From positions 576,001 through 640,000 of the forward strand of contig CAVPIB010000001.1 of the NCBI GenBank assembly GCA_963704885.1: a stretch of DNA of 64,000 nt. The letters are read 5' to 3'. Both the position numbers and the translations under genes were made by a program. The notes under the pieces were generated by a model, which saw only the letters and a list, made by a program, of their open reading frames with translations, was not told the origin of the DNA and made no database searches. Source of the stretch: an uncultured Actinomycetes bacterium (lineage in GTDB: Bacteria > Actinomycetota > UBA4738 > HRBIN12). This document shows, in pieces, positions 40,741 to 50,381 of this stretch (position 1 is its first letter; each line of letters opens with the position of its first letter).

Positions 40741-41274
40741 ATGGGGCACGATCGGACCGGGGTGGTATGGACCGTGGATCGAGAGGTGGGTCTCCGGAGC
40801 CGGCTCGCCGACGCGTATGTGCGTTCGGCGCCCGGAGGAATCCGGCTCGCGTACCTGCTGACCGGCGACCGGGCCGCCGCAGAGGACCTGGTCCAAGAGG
40901 CGTTCGTCCGGTTCGTGGGTCGGCTCCGGTTCCTCCGAGACCCGGATGCCTTCGAGCCGTACCTGCGACGCACGATCGTTAACCTGTCGAAGAACCACTT
41001 CCGGCGTCGAGCGGTCGAGCGCGCGTACCTGGAGCGCGAGGGTCCGAGGATCGAGGACGTCAGCACCGACCCGGACGTCGCCACACACGATGCGCTCCGG
41101 TCGGCGCTGCTCCGGCTCCCGCTCCGCCAGCGCACGGCGCTCGTCCTCCGTTACTACGAAGACCTCCCGGACGCGACGATCGCGGAGCTCCTCGGGTGCC
41201 GCCAGGCGACGGTGCGTTCGCTCGTCGCCCGTGGCCTCGAGGCGCTCCGCACGACCCCAGAGGTGATCTCATGA
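40741..41274 (+). CDS. ECF sigma factor, SigE-like (module 2)
   Basis: RLAYLLTGD...AEDLVQEAF, YLRR.IVN, LP.RQR..LVLRYYEDL. Confidence 0.92.
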   Translation: MGHDRTGVVWTVDREVGLRSRLADAYVRSAPGGIRLAYLLTGDRAAAEDLVQEAFVRFVGRLRFLRDPDAFEPYLRRTIVNLSKNHFRRRAVERAYLEREGPRIEDVSTDPDVATHDALRSALLRLPLRQRTALVLRYYEDLPDATIAELLGCRQATVRSLVARGLEALRTTPEVIS

Positions 41275-42941
41275 ACGACACCGACGTCCGAGAGCTCCTC
41301 TCCCGCGTCGCTGACGAGGTGCCGGCCGCCCCCGTGGATCCGGAGCCGCTGCTCCGTCGCGGCTACCGTCGGATGGCAAGGACGGCGGCCGGCGGCGCGC
41401 TCGGGATCGCCTGCGCGATCGTCCTCGTCGTGGGAGGCGTCGGCCTGATCCGTTCGAGCGCGCCGACGAAGATCCCGGCCGACGAGGGACAGTCGACCGA
41501 GCGGCCAGCGTCGAGAGGCATGTGGCCGCAGTCGAGCCTCAAGGATGTCCGGGAAGCTCAGCGACTCGCCGATGCCGGCGACCCTCGCTACACCTGGCAG
41601 ATCCTTGGGCCCGGCCCTATCACGGATGCCCGCCAGACGGAGTTCATCACCCGGTTCCTCCATGAGGAGCTCGGCTGGGAGGAGTTCGATCTGAGTGTCT
41701 TCCCTGGGCTGTACGCCGGGGTTCCCCAGGACGGGCTGTGGGAGATGCTGGCCGTGCGATGCGCCCCCGGCCAGACGAACCCCTTGTACCCCAACGACCC
41801 CGAGGGCCGAGGGTGCGCCCCCACGATCGACGAGTACCGCTACGAGACGGTGATGATCGGCGCGGAAACGCCCGTCCGCGTCGCGGACGACCCCTCCGCC
41901 ATCTGGGTCGTGACCAACTGGGAGATGCTCCAGCCGTCCGATGTACAGGTCACCCTTACCCGCTACCTCGACGACAACCGCGGCCCCAGGAATCAGGTCC
42001 GCCAGGTGGTGCCGCCCTCCGACGCCGAGGCGACCGCGCTCGTGGAGGCCTTCCTCCAGGCACGCGTGGACGGTGAAGGCGCCGAGGAGTATCTGTCCCC
42101 CGCCACCTCGCAGATCCCCCTCCTGTACGCCACGACCTCGGGCGACCCCTACGAGCGATCCGAGTTCGAGCTGGTGCAGGGCCCGGTGTGGCCCGGCGGC
42201 TGGAGGGAGTTCACCGTCCGACTGTTCGCGACGGGGGCGAGCACCGTGGTGGAGCAGCCCTTCCTCGTCGAGCGTGACGAGGACGGTCGCCCCGTGCTCG
42301 TGTACATGACCCTGGATCCGTTCGAGGGATCGTTCGGTATGGGGGACGTCCTGACGAGGGAGAACGGGGGGGGCCTGGTCGAGCCCTACGAGTTCCTCGA
42401 CGGCGAGGTGATCTTCGACGCGGCCTGGCCATGGGACTGGTACGTCGGCGGCTGGGGCTTCACTCCGACGATGACCACCCTCCAATTCGACGACCCCGAT
42501 CAGAGCGCCGGGTTCGATCAACTCCTTGCGATCGTTGCCGACCCCCTGCCGGTCGAGGACGGCTGTCGACAGGGTCCGGCTCCCGCAGACGCCGCGGCGC
42601 TGGCCCGGAGCATCCGGTCAGACCCGGACCTCGAGGCGACTGAGCCGGTGGCGGTGAGCGTCGGGGGGATCGAGGGGCTGCGGATTGACGTGGTGGCCGC
42701 CGCGGGAGCGAGCGTCTGCGAGGAGGTGCCGGCGCCGCAGGTGATGACGCCGAACGACCACGACTGGTACGGGGTCGCCCTGGAGCACGGGCACCGGATG
42801 CGCCTGTACCTGCTCGACCTCCCCGAGGGGATGTCCAGTCGGATCCTGGCCATCTCGGTCACCGCGCCGGAGTCGGACTTCGAGCGCGTGCTGGAGGCGG
42901 TGGCGCCGATCCTGGAGTCGTTCGAGTTCCACACGCGGTGA
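41271..42941 (+). CDS. single-pass membrane protein, putative anti-sigma factor (module 2)
   Basis: ELL...ADEVP..P....LLRRG.RR, TM helix, shared WPQ.S..ADAGDP domain, C-terminal domain resembling the adjacent lipoproteins. Confidence 0.8.
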   Translation: MNDTDVRELLSRVADEVPAAPVDPEPLLRRGYRRMARTAAGGALGIACAIVLVVGGVGLIRSSAPTKIPADEGQSTERPASRGMWPQSSLKDVREAQRLADAGDPRYTWQILGPGPITDARQTEFITRFLHEELGWEEFDLSVFPGLYAGVPQDGLWEMLAVRCAPGQTNPLYPNDPEGRGCAPTIDEYRYETVMIGAETPVRVADDPSAIWVVTNWEMLQPSDVQVTLTRYLDDNRGPRNQVRQVVPPSDAEATALVEAFLQARVDGEGAEEYLSPATSQIPLLYATTSGDPYERSEFELVQGPVWPGGWREFTVRLFATGASTVVEQPFLVERDEDGRPVLVYMTLDPFEGSFGMGDVLTRENGGGLVEPYEFLDGEVIFDAAWPWDWYVGGWGFTPTMTTLQFDDPDQSAGFDQLLAIVADPLPVEDGCRQGPAPADAAALARSIRSDPDLEATEPVAVSVGGIEGLRIDVVAAAGASVCEEVPAPQVMTPNDHDWYGVALEHGHRMRLYLLDLPEGMSSRILAISVTAPESDFERVLEAVAPILESFEFHTR

Positions 42942-42988
42942 TGGCGATGATCGGCGGTAGGCGAGATCGCGCGGAGAGGAGAGGCCGG

Positions 42989-43780
42989 ATGAAGGTGCGC
43001 TACGGACCTTCCCTCGCGTTGGTCGTCATGCTCGCGCTCGGAGCATGCACATCAGCTTCGGAGGCGGCGGACGCTCCGGCCTCCCCCGCACCGACCCCGA
43101 GCGACGCGGACACCACGGTGCCGAGCGAGACGGATCCCGGTCCGGAGGTCCAGGACATCATGGAGCTCGCGCCCTTCGCGCCGCTCGAGCCGGGGACCTA
43201 CTCCATCGACCCCGACCTCGACCCCTCCACCCCGCTCCGCGTGGTGTACGAAGTCCCCGCTGAGGGATGGGCTCAATGGATCGGCGCGGCCAAGCCCGCG
43301 GATGATGGGCACGTCATGGTGAGCATCACCACCGTGACGAACCTGGTGCGGCATGGGTGCCGCGACCATTCGTGGGCCGATCCGCCGGTAGGACCGAGCG
43401 TCGACGACCTCGCTGCCGCGCTGGCGGACCTTGCCCCGTTCCGGGTGACGTCGGCCCCGAAGGACGTGACCATCTACGGCTACAGCGGGAAGCATCTGGA
43501 ACTGACCGTGCCCGACCTGCCGGTCGAGGGAGAGGGAGACGACCGCCGTTTCACCGGATGCGTGGACGGCAACCTCAAGAGCTGGGTCGCGGCCATCGAC
43601 ACGGAGCCGGGGGACGCGTTCTACGGCTACAACGGCGAGCCGGGCCGCACCGAGGAGTTCTGGATCCTCGACGTGGAGGGCACCCGCCTGGTGATCGAGG
43701 CGAACTGGTCGCCTACCTCCCCCCGGAAGGACGTAGCAGAGCTGCGGGCCATCCTGGACTCCATACAGATCGAGCCATGA
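42989..43780 (+). CDS. lipoprotein of unknown function (module 2)
   Basis: Lipobox LGAC; paralog of 47046-47789. Confidence 0.8.
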   Translation: MKVRYGPSLALVVMLALGACTSASEAADAPASPAPTPSDADTTVPSETDPGPEVQDIMELAPFAPLEPGTYSIDPDLDPSTPLRVVYEVPAEGWAQWIGAAKPADDGHVMVSITTVTNLVRHGCRDHSWADPPVGPSVDDLAAALADLAPFRVTSAPKDVTIYGYSGKHLELTVPDLPVEGEGDDRRFTGCVDGNLKSWVAAIDTEPGDAFYGYNGEPGRTEEFWILDVEGTRLVIEANWSPTSPRKDVAELRAILDSIQIEP

Positions 43781-43878
43781 GGTTGCACGAGATCATCAAA
43801 CCTTCCCTCGTCGAGAGTTGGGGGAGCACGGGGAGCGGCCGGTGAGATACCCTCCGACCGCGAGATGCGACCTGACGG

Positions 43879-44045
43879 CTACTCGAGGTAGCCAAGGCCG
43901 CGGAGGTGCTCCTCCATCTCGTCGGCCTCGGTGTCGCTGACCGCGCCGTCAGGCCCGCGCCCGGCCAGGTTGATCGAGACGCCCTCGCCGGTCGAGCGGA
44001 TCGTCGTGAAGGCCTTCGTCTTCGACCAGTTCACGGACTGCGGAA
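43879..44045 (-). pseudogene. alkaline phosphatase/nucleotide pyrophosphatase family remnant with internal deletion
   Basis: VNWSKTKAF...GEGVSINLAGRGPDG joined directly to AVSD.EADEMEEHLRGLGYLE*. Confidence 0.6.
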
Positions 44046-44322
44046 GCTGACCTTGCCGTGCGGGCCGAGGATGTCGTACGCGATGAACGAGAGGCCGGAT
44101 CTGCGGTCCACGTTCCTGCGCTGGCGTGTGGCCGGCCAGACGGCCGTCATCGTGCTCGTCATCATCGCCGCCAAGCTCGTGTTCACCATCCCGACGTCAG
44201 CCTGGCCTGCTCCGCCGGTTCGTGGAGCGTCTGGACTGCTCGCGCGCGTGACGGTGGCGGACCGCCTCCGACCCCGACATCCACCTAAACCCTTCGGCCG
44301 AGGTAGGGGTTCATGACGCCAG

Positions 44323-44862
44323 ATGGATGAGACGGCGGCCATCGTGTATACAGCTCCGGTGGACCCATCGGAGGTCGACGACCTCGCCTCGACGTTCGAG
44401 GCGTTCGTCGGCGCCGAGACGGCGCGGTTCCACGGCGCCCTCCGGCTCCTGACGCGCGACCGCGCGGAGGCCGAGGACCTGATGCAGGACGCGTACCTCA
44501 AGGTCTGGGAGCGCTGGCACCACGTGCGGTCGCTCGACGACCCGACCGGCTATCTCTACCGCACCGCCATGAACCTGTTCCGCAAGCGCCGCCGCCGGGC
44601 CGCCGTCGCGATCCGCCACGCGATCGGACCGAGACCCCGGCGCGATCAGCTGGAGGACGTCGAGTCGCGTGACGAGGTCCTTCGGGCGCTCGCGACGCTC
44701 AGCCCACGGCAGCGGATGAGCCTCGTGCTCACGGACCTCCTGGATCACTCTTCGGAAGAGGCCGGGCGACTGATGGGCGTCAAGGCGACGACGGTCCGGG
44801 TCCTGGCCCTGCAGGGACGGGCCGCCCTCCGAGCCAGCACTGGAGACGACGTCGATGCCTGA
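44323..44862 (+). CDS. ECF sigma factor (module 3)
   Basis: AEDLMQDAY.KVWERW, GYLYRTAMN.FR, LSPRQR..LVL; similar to the module 1 sigma. Confidence 0.92.
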   Translation: MDETAAIVYTAPVDPSEVDDLASTFEAFVGAETARFHGALRLLTRDRAEAEDLMQDAYLKVWERWHHVRSLDDPTGYLYRTAMNLFRKRRRRAAVAIRHAIGPRPRRDQLEDVESRDEVLRALATLSPRQRMSLVLTDLLDHSSEEAGRLMGVKATTVRVLALQGRAALRASTGDDVDA

Positions 44863-47032
44863 CACGAAGCAGCTCCTTCGCGAGACACGCGATCGGATCG
44901 CGCCGCCGCCCGACGTGCTCGGCGGGCTCGAGCGCCGACGCCGGCACCAGGAGAACGCGAAGCGTTTCGCGGCCGCGGCCGTGGCGATCGTCGTCGCGGT
45001 CGTCGGGCTCGGCGGTTGGTTCCTCCTCGAGCGCGACGCCGCGCCGAGGCCTGCCGATCGTTCCGAGGAGCTCGGGATCTTCGCCCCGGTCGCCGGCCGG
45101 ATCGTGTTCGTGAACGAGGACGAGGTCGCCGTCGCCGGCTATGACCCTGGCCCCTGGGCCATCGACCCGAGCGGGCCCGCCGACACTACGGCAGGCCCGA
45201 GGGTCGCCGATGACGTCGTCTCCACCCTGGCGCCACTGGGCCCACAGGACGCCATCCCGCTCGACTGGTCAGGCGACGGCACCGAGCTGCTGTTCGGGCG
45301 CATGCATGGAGATCTCATCGTCCAGGAGGACCTCTACGTCCTGCATTCGGACGGATCGGAGACCCTCCTGGTCCGGGGATACAGCGGGGGCGCGACGATC
45401 TCGCCCAATGGGACGCGCGTCGTGTTCTCCGTTCTATCCAGGGAGTGCGGCCAGTCGGGGCTGTGCGTCGTCGACGCCGAGGGCGGGCAACCGGTTCCTC
45501 TCCCGTCTCCCTCAGCCGAGGGTGCGTACGCACCGACCTTCTCGCCCGATGGGACGCAGATCGCGTACCTCGTGCACGAGGACGACGACCTGACCCACGT
45601 GTGGGTGGCGAATGCGGACGGCAGCGGGGCGCGCGAGATCCTCGCGGCCGAGGAGACCCGCTCCGTCGGCGCGGGCGGCCTCCAGTGGTCACCGGCGGGC
45701 GACCGCCTCGCGTTCGGGGTGCGCGGTTTCGACGGCAACGGGGATGTGTCCTCGATCTACACCTTCGCCCCCGACGGCTCGGACTTCACGCGCGTGATAA
45801 CCGGTGGGGACTCGCCCCACTGGTCGCCCGACGGCTCCCAGATCGCGTATACGATCAACTGCACCGAAGGGCAGGCCTCGTGCGCGGATGGATCGATCGT
45901 CCTCACCCTCGCGATCGCCGATGCGGACGGCTCCAACGTCGCGAGTTCGGGTTCGGCGACCTCGGGTCCGTGGCATCCGGCCGGGGTGGCCCCGGCGAAC
46001 GAGATCACACCGACCCCCAGCGAGAGCTTCGCGCGCGCCGACGGGGAGGTTCTGGACTTCACCGGGGTGCCCCGCGATCTCGTCGCCGTGAACCCCGAGA
46101 CCGGCGAGGAACGCGTCCTCGCCGAGGACATCGACAACGTCTTCTCCGCGAGATGGTCGGCGGACGGCCGCTGGGTCGCGTACGAGACCGAGGTGCCGGA
46201 GGGAGGCTGGGGATTGTGGGTCGTGGGCGGGTCGCAGGAGCCTCGTCTCGTCGCGACGGGCGGCGATCCGGACCTCTTCGCGACCCTCGGGTTGTACTGG
46301 ATGTGGTCGCCGACGGGCGCCGAGCTCGCGACGATCAGTCGTTCGACGTTGAGCACGATCGACTTCACGACCGGCGAAACGACCGACCTCGGAGAGATCG
46401 TCGCCGACCTCCTCAGCACGAACGCCTCCCCGATATGGGCGTGGTCGCCGGACGGGACGCGACTCGTGTTCGCAGCGCCCGAGGGTGCACCCGAGGGCTC
46501 CCTGGACACGGTCGACGTGTGGAGCGGAGAGCGTTCGCTCCTCGCGCGCCTGCCGGACGAGGATTGGGACCTGACTGAAGAGATCCTGTGGTCGCCGGAC
46601 GGAGCCCACATCGCCGTCTTGATCCGCAAGGCGTCCAATGAAGCCGGTCGTCTGTACGTGATGGATGCCGACGGATCGAACATCCGCGTCGTGGCCGACG
46701 ACTACGACCCACTCGGCGTCGCGTGGTCCCCCGATGGGACGCGACTCGCGTTCGGATCGGGCTCGAAGGCGGACGGAGACGTCCGGATCCGCGTCGCGAC
46801 GATGGACGACGCCGCTCCCGCAGAGATCGGGAGCCTCGACTTCATCGGGTGCACCTACAACTACAAGTGCCGCCTGACGTGGTCGCCCGACGGGTCGCGG
46901 ATCGCCTTCCACAAGGAGGACGGCCTGGGAGTCAGCGTGTTCGACGCCAACGGAGCGGGCGAGGCCGCGCCCGTCGACGAGCTCACCTACCTGAGTTGGG
47001 ACGGTGGTACGTACCCTTGCGAGTGCCCGTGA
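44855..47032 (+). CDS. membrane-anchored TolB-like (PD40) beta-propeller protein, putative anti-sigma factor (module 3)
   Basis: Basic N-terminus (LERRRRH..KR), TM helix, many WSPDG repeats in two blocks; overlaps the sigma gene. Confidence 0.85.
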   Translation: MPDTKQLLRETRDRIAPPPDVLGGLERRRRHQENAKRFAAAAVAIVVAVVGLGGWFLLERDAAPRPADRSEELGIFAPVAGRIVFVNEDEVAVAGYDPGPWAIDPSGPADTTAGPRVADDVVSTLAPLGPQDAIPLDWSGDGTELLFGRMHGDLIVQEDLYVLHSDGSETLLVRGYSGGATISPNGTRVVFSVLSRECGQSGLCVVDAEGGQPVPLPSPSAEGAYAPTFSPDGTQIAYLVHEDDDLTHVWVANADGSGAREILAAEETRSVGAGGLQWSPAGDRLAFGVRGFDGNGDVSSIYTFAPDGSDFTRVITGGDSPHWSPDGSQIAYTINCTEGQASCADGSIVLTLAIADADGSNVASSGSATSGPWHPAGVAPANEITPTPSESFARADGEVLDFTGVPRDLVAVNPETGEERVLAEDIDNVFSARWSADGRWVAYETEVPEGGWGLWVVGGSQEPRLVATGGDPDLFATLGLYWMWSPTGAELATISRSTLSTIDFTTGETTDLGEIVADLLSTNASPIWAWSPDGTRLVFAAPEGAPEGSLDTVDVWSGERSLLARLPDEDWDLTEEILWSPDGAHIAVLIRKASNEAGRLYVMDADGSNIRVVADDYDPLGVAWSPDGTRLAFGSGSKADGDVRIRVATMDDAAPAEIGSLDFIGCTYNYKCRLTWSPDGSRIAFHKEDGLGVSVFDANGAGEAAPVDELTYLSWDGGTYPCECP

Positions 47033-47045
47033 TGGAGGGATCCCG

Positions 47046-47789
47046 ATGACGATCCGATCCACACGTGCGCTCGCGTTGACGGTCATGCTCGCCGTCGGTG
47101 TCTGCTCATCGGGTTCGAACACGGCGGACGCTCCGGCTCCGTCGTCGGTCGCGCCGAGCGAGACGGACACCGCTCCGGCGGTGCGGGACATGATGGACTT
47201 CGAGCCGCTCGGTCCGATCGAGCCCGGGGCCTACTTCATCGACGCCGACCTCGACCCGTCAACGCCGCTCCGGGTCCTCTACGACATCCCCGCAGAGGGA
47301 TGGTCGAACTGGATCGGCGCGGCGAAGTTCGGCCCCGACGACGGTCACGTCGGCGTAAGCATCACCACGGTGGTGAACCTCGTGACCCACGGCTGTCGCG
47401 ATCACTTCGCCGCCGTTCCGCCCGTCGGCCCCACCGTGGACGACCTCGCGACCGCGCTGACGGAGCTCGCCCCGTTCGAGGTCACGTCGCCAGCGGAGGA
47501 CGTGGCGATGTACGGCTACCGCGGGAAGCACCTCGAGTGGACCGTGCCGGACATCGCGTTCGACCGCTGCGACGCCGGCGACCTCAGGAGCTGGATCGCA
47601 CCGATGGACGCGGCCGAGGTAGGCGACGCCTACTACGGCTACACGGGTCCCGGCTACACCGAGGAGTTCTGGATCCTCGACGTCGAAGGCACCCGTCTGA
47701 TGATCGCAGCCGAGCGGTCCCCCGGCTCGCCGTCGGAGGACCTTGCCGAGCTGGGCGACATCCTCGACTCGATCCGGATCGAGCCATGA
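47046..47789 (+). CDS. secreted/lipoprotein, paralog of 42989-43780 (module 3)
   Basis: Signal peptide ending AVGVC; shared EPG.Y.ID.DLDPSTPLRV.Y..PAEGW, EEFWILDVEGTRL, ILDSI.IEP. Confidence 0.8.
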   Translation: MTIRSTRALALTVMLAVGVCSSGSNTADAPAPSSVAPSETDTAPAVRDMMDFEPLGPIEPGAYFIDADLDPSTPLRVLYDIPAEGWSNWIGAAKFGPDDGHVGVSITTVVNLVTHGCRDHFAAVPPVGPTVDDLATALTELAPFEVTSPAEDVAMYGYRGKHLEWTVPDIAFDRCDAGDLRSWIAPMDAAEVGDAYYGYTGPGYTEEFWILDVEGTRLMIAAERSPGSPSEDLAELGDILDSIRIEP

Positions 47790-47942
47790 CGTCGTCCCCG
47801 GTCCTACGTGGCTCGTTGTCGCCTGACAGGTGTCACGGGGGCGTGAGAGGGATCTGGCACGAACCACGAGCCTCGCATCGGACGCGCGGCGTGGAAAGCG
47901 GGGCGGGCGATAGCCCGCCCCGCCTTCCTGAGCTGCACGTGC

Positions 47943-49421
47943 CTAGGGACCGGTGACCGAACTCGTGTCCATCGCGTACGTCAGAGTTGCGAACGCGATC
48001 GAGTCCGAGTTCAGATCCAGGACCTCGAGGCTCACGTTCGCGAACGTGTCGCACGCGAGGTGGTAGCACGGGTCGTACTGGGCGCCGGCTGTTCCCCCAT
48101 AGACGGCTACCTGTGCAGCCGTCTTGATGCCCTCGGCGCCGGTGAACAGGCCCCCTGCGGGGATCCCGACGGCGATGAACGGCCCGTAGTCGGAGCGACC
48201 GTCGAACGACGTCGGCTCGGACGCCAGACCGCGAGCGCTGTAGAACCCCGTCAACAGGGCCTCGATCGCCCCCGAACCCGGTGGGCCGACGGGACCGACG
48301 GTCCCGTCACCGTCGTAGACGAACCGCACGTAGTTCGGTGAGCCCACCATGTCGAAGTTCAGGTACAGCGCGATGTCGTCGAGCTCCTCCGCGGTCAGGT
48401 TGTCCACGTAGTAGTTCGAGCCGACCAGGCCGGACTCCTCCGCGCCCCACCAGGCGAAGCGGACCGTGTTGGTCGGCTTGACCTTCCGCATCGCCTCAGC
48501 GACGTCGAGGATCGCCGCGCTGCCGGAGCCGTTGTCCTGGATCCCCGGGCCTGTGCTGACCGAGTCGAGGTGGGCACCGACCATCACGACGTTGCCGTCG
48601 TTGCCCTTCTTCGTCTCCGCGAAGATGTTCTCGGTGCTTCGGATCTCCGAGATGGTCGAAGTGAACATATGCATCGTCACGGACGTGGGACCGTTGGTCA
48701 CGCCGTTTCGGAGAGCGTCCCCGAGGGCGAACGTGGTCCCGGTCACTGGGATGCCAACGGGCTCGCCGAGTGTCCCGAACAGGAGCCCGGTGCGTCCCGC
48801 GTTCCCTTCATTGAAGATGATGACGCCGACCGCGCCGGCCGCTTCGGCATTGACGGCCTTGGTCGCGAACGTGCACGTCCCTCGCTGTACCAGCGCGATG
48901 TGCCCTGCCGTGAACCCGGTGAAGTCGGCCGCCTCGCAGCCGCTGGTGGAGCCGCCCACGGGTGGGATGAGCAGGTCGACGGCCGTGAGGGGCGCGGTGA
49001 CGTTCCCGCTTCCCGAGTAGCTCATCGTGGAGAAGTCGACGTCGTGCGTGTACGTCGTGGGAGTAGGAGCCGTCTGGTCGAGCGCCGGCGTGGCGAGCTC
49101 CTGGAAGAAAGCGAAGTCGAACGGTTGGCGGGTAACGTCGTAGCCCGCCGCCTCCAGCCGGTCAACGACGTAGTCGGCCGAGGCGTCGTAGCCGGGTGTG
49201 CCCGAGGTCCGCACGCCGCCGTTGGCATCGGCTATGGCCTGGAGCGCCGCCTGATGCTCGCGGACGCCCTCCAGCGTCACGCATTCCAAGAGTTTCTTGA
49301 TCGTGTTGTTGTTCCGGCTGTCGCAGCTCGCTGGGCCGGCGCCTGCCGGTACGGCCGTCAGCGCTGAGACCGCGATCGTGACGAGCACGACCGCCGATGC
49401 GAACGCAGATCTTCTGCGCAT
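47943..49421 (-). CDS. secreted M28 aminopeptidase with PA domain
   Basis: Signal peptide, IALVQRGTC.F, GAHLDSV, DNGSG, WGAEE.GL.GS, LNFDM, YH..CD. Confidence 0.93.
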   Translation of the reverse strand: MRRRSAFASAVVLVTIAVSALTAVPAGAGPASCDSRNNNTIKKLLECVTLEGVREHQAALQAIADANGGVRTSGTPGYDASADYVVDRLEAAGYDVTRQPFDFAFFQELATPALDQTAPTPTTYTHDVDFSTMSYSGSGNVTAPLTAVDLLIPPVGGSTSGCEAADFTGFTAGHIALVQRGTCTFATKAVNAEAAGAVGVIIFNEGNAGRTGLLFGTLGEPVGIPVTGTTFALGDALRNGVTNGPTSVTMHMFTSTISEIRSTENIFAETKKGNDGNVVMVGAHLDSVSTGPGIQDNGSGSAAILDVAEAMRKVKPTNTVRFAWWGAEESGLVGSNYYVDNLTAEELDDIALYLNFDMVGSPNYVRFVYDGDGTVGPVGPPGSGAIEALLTGFYSARGLASEPTSFDGRSDYGPFIAVGIPAGGLFTGAEGIKTAAQVAVYGGTAGAQYDPCYHLACDTFANVSLEVLDLNSDSIAFATLTYAMDTSSVTGP

Positions 49422-49643
49422 CCTGGACCTCCTCCGTTCGGGGACGGTCTCTGCCTATCGCATCAGGACGTGTTGCGCAAATCCGACGACCCGAACGGGT
49501 GTCTGGCGGAGGTTAGGCCACGTAGACCGAACGATCTAGGGAGCTCGGCAACCGTGCACAGGGATCCTCGAGACCTGCCTGGGGAACCGCTCGCAGCCGT
49601 CCGGCCGTCCCAGGGACGTTCCCACCGGCCGAAGGAGGCCCAC

Positions 49644-50372
49644 ATGAAGCGGATCGGCTACATGGTCGCAGGAGTCGTGCTCGGAGCGATGGTCGCCCTA
49701 CAGGTGCCGTCACTCGCGCAGGACACCGGCAGTTCGGACAACACCAGCACGCAACGCACCGTCACGGTGAACGGCACGGCCACGATCAAGGCCGCGCCCG
49801 ACGAGGCCGTGATCAGCCTCGGTGTTCAGACCCAGGCGGCCACCGCACAAGGTGCCATCACCCAGAACGCGGAGAGGATGATGGCCGTCCTGCAGGCGCT
49901 GGTCGGTCAGGGCATCGGAAAGGATGACGTGGCCACCAGCTACGTGAGCCTGTATCCCACGTACAGCAACAGCGGCATGGAGATCACCGGCTATCAGGCG
50001 TCGAACTCGATCGACGTCACGGTTCGCGACATGGATCGGGTCGGCCCCGTGATCGATGCGAGCGTGGATGCCGGCGCGAACCTGACGAACGGCATCTCGT
50101 TCCGCCTATCCGACGAGAATCACGGCGTGAACGAGGCTCTGCAAGCCGCGGTCGCAGATGCGCGCTCGAAGGCGGAGACGCTCGCCGCCGCCGGCGACAC
50201 GCAGCTCGGTCAGGTCATCACCATCGTTGAGGGGTCGTCCCCGTCGTCCGTTCCGCCCATCTACTACGAGCGGGACATGATGGCCGGTGCCGACGGCGCT
50301 GTCTCGACCCCCATCCAGCCTCCTACGCTCGAGACGCAGATCTCGGTCTCGGTGACTTGGGAGCTGGCTTGA
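49644..50372 (+). CDS. SIMPL (DUF541) domain protein
   Basis: Signal peptide, V.G......PD.A....GV, GY.A.N, A..DAR.KA..LA; AAGGAGG RBS. Confidence 0.9.
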   Translation: MKRIGYMVAGVVLGAMVALQVPSLAQDTGSSDNTSTQRTVTVNGTATIKAAPDEAVISLGVQTQAATAQGAITQNAERMMAVLQALVGQGIGKDDVATSYVSLYPTYSNSGMEITGYQASNSIDVTVRDMDRVGPVIDASVDAGANLTNGISFRLSDENHGVNEALQAAVADARSKAETLAAAGDTQLGQVITIVEGSSPSSVPPIYYERDMMAGADGAVSTPIQPPTLETQISVSVTWELA

Positions 50373-50381
50373 TACCGACGG

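Noticed and set aside
49581-49610. SigR/SigE-type promoter GGAAC...CGTC before SIMPL
   Set aside because: Spacing is imperfect and the motif is short in GC-rich DNA.
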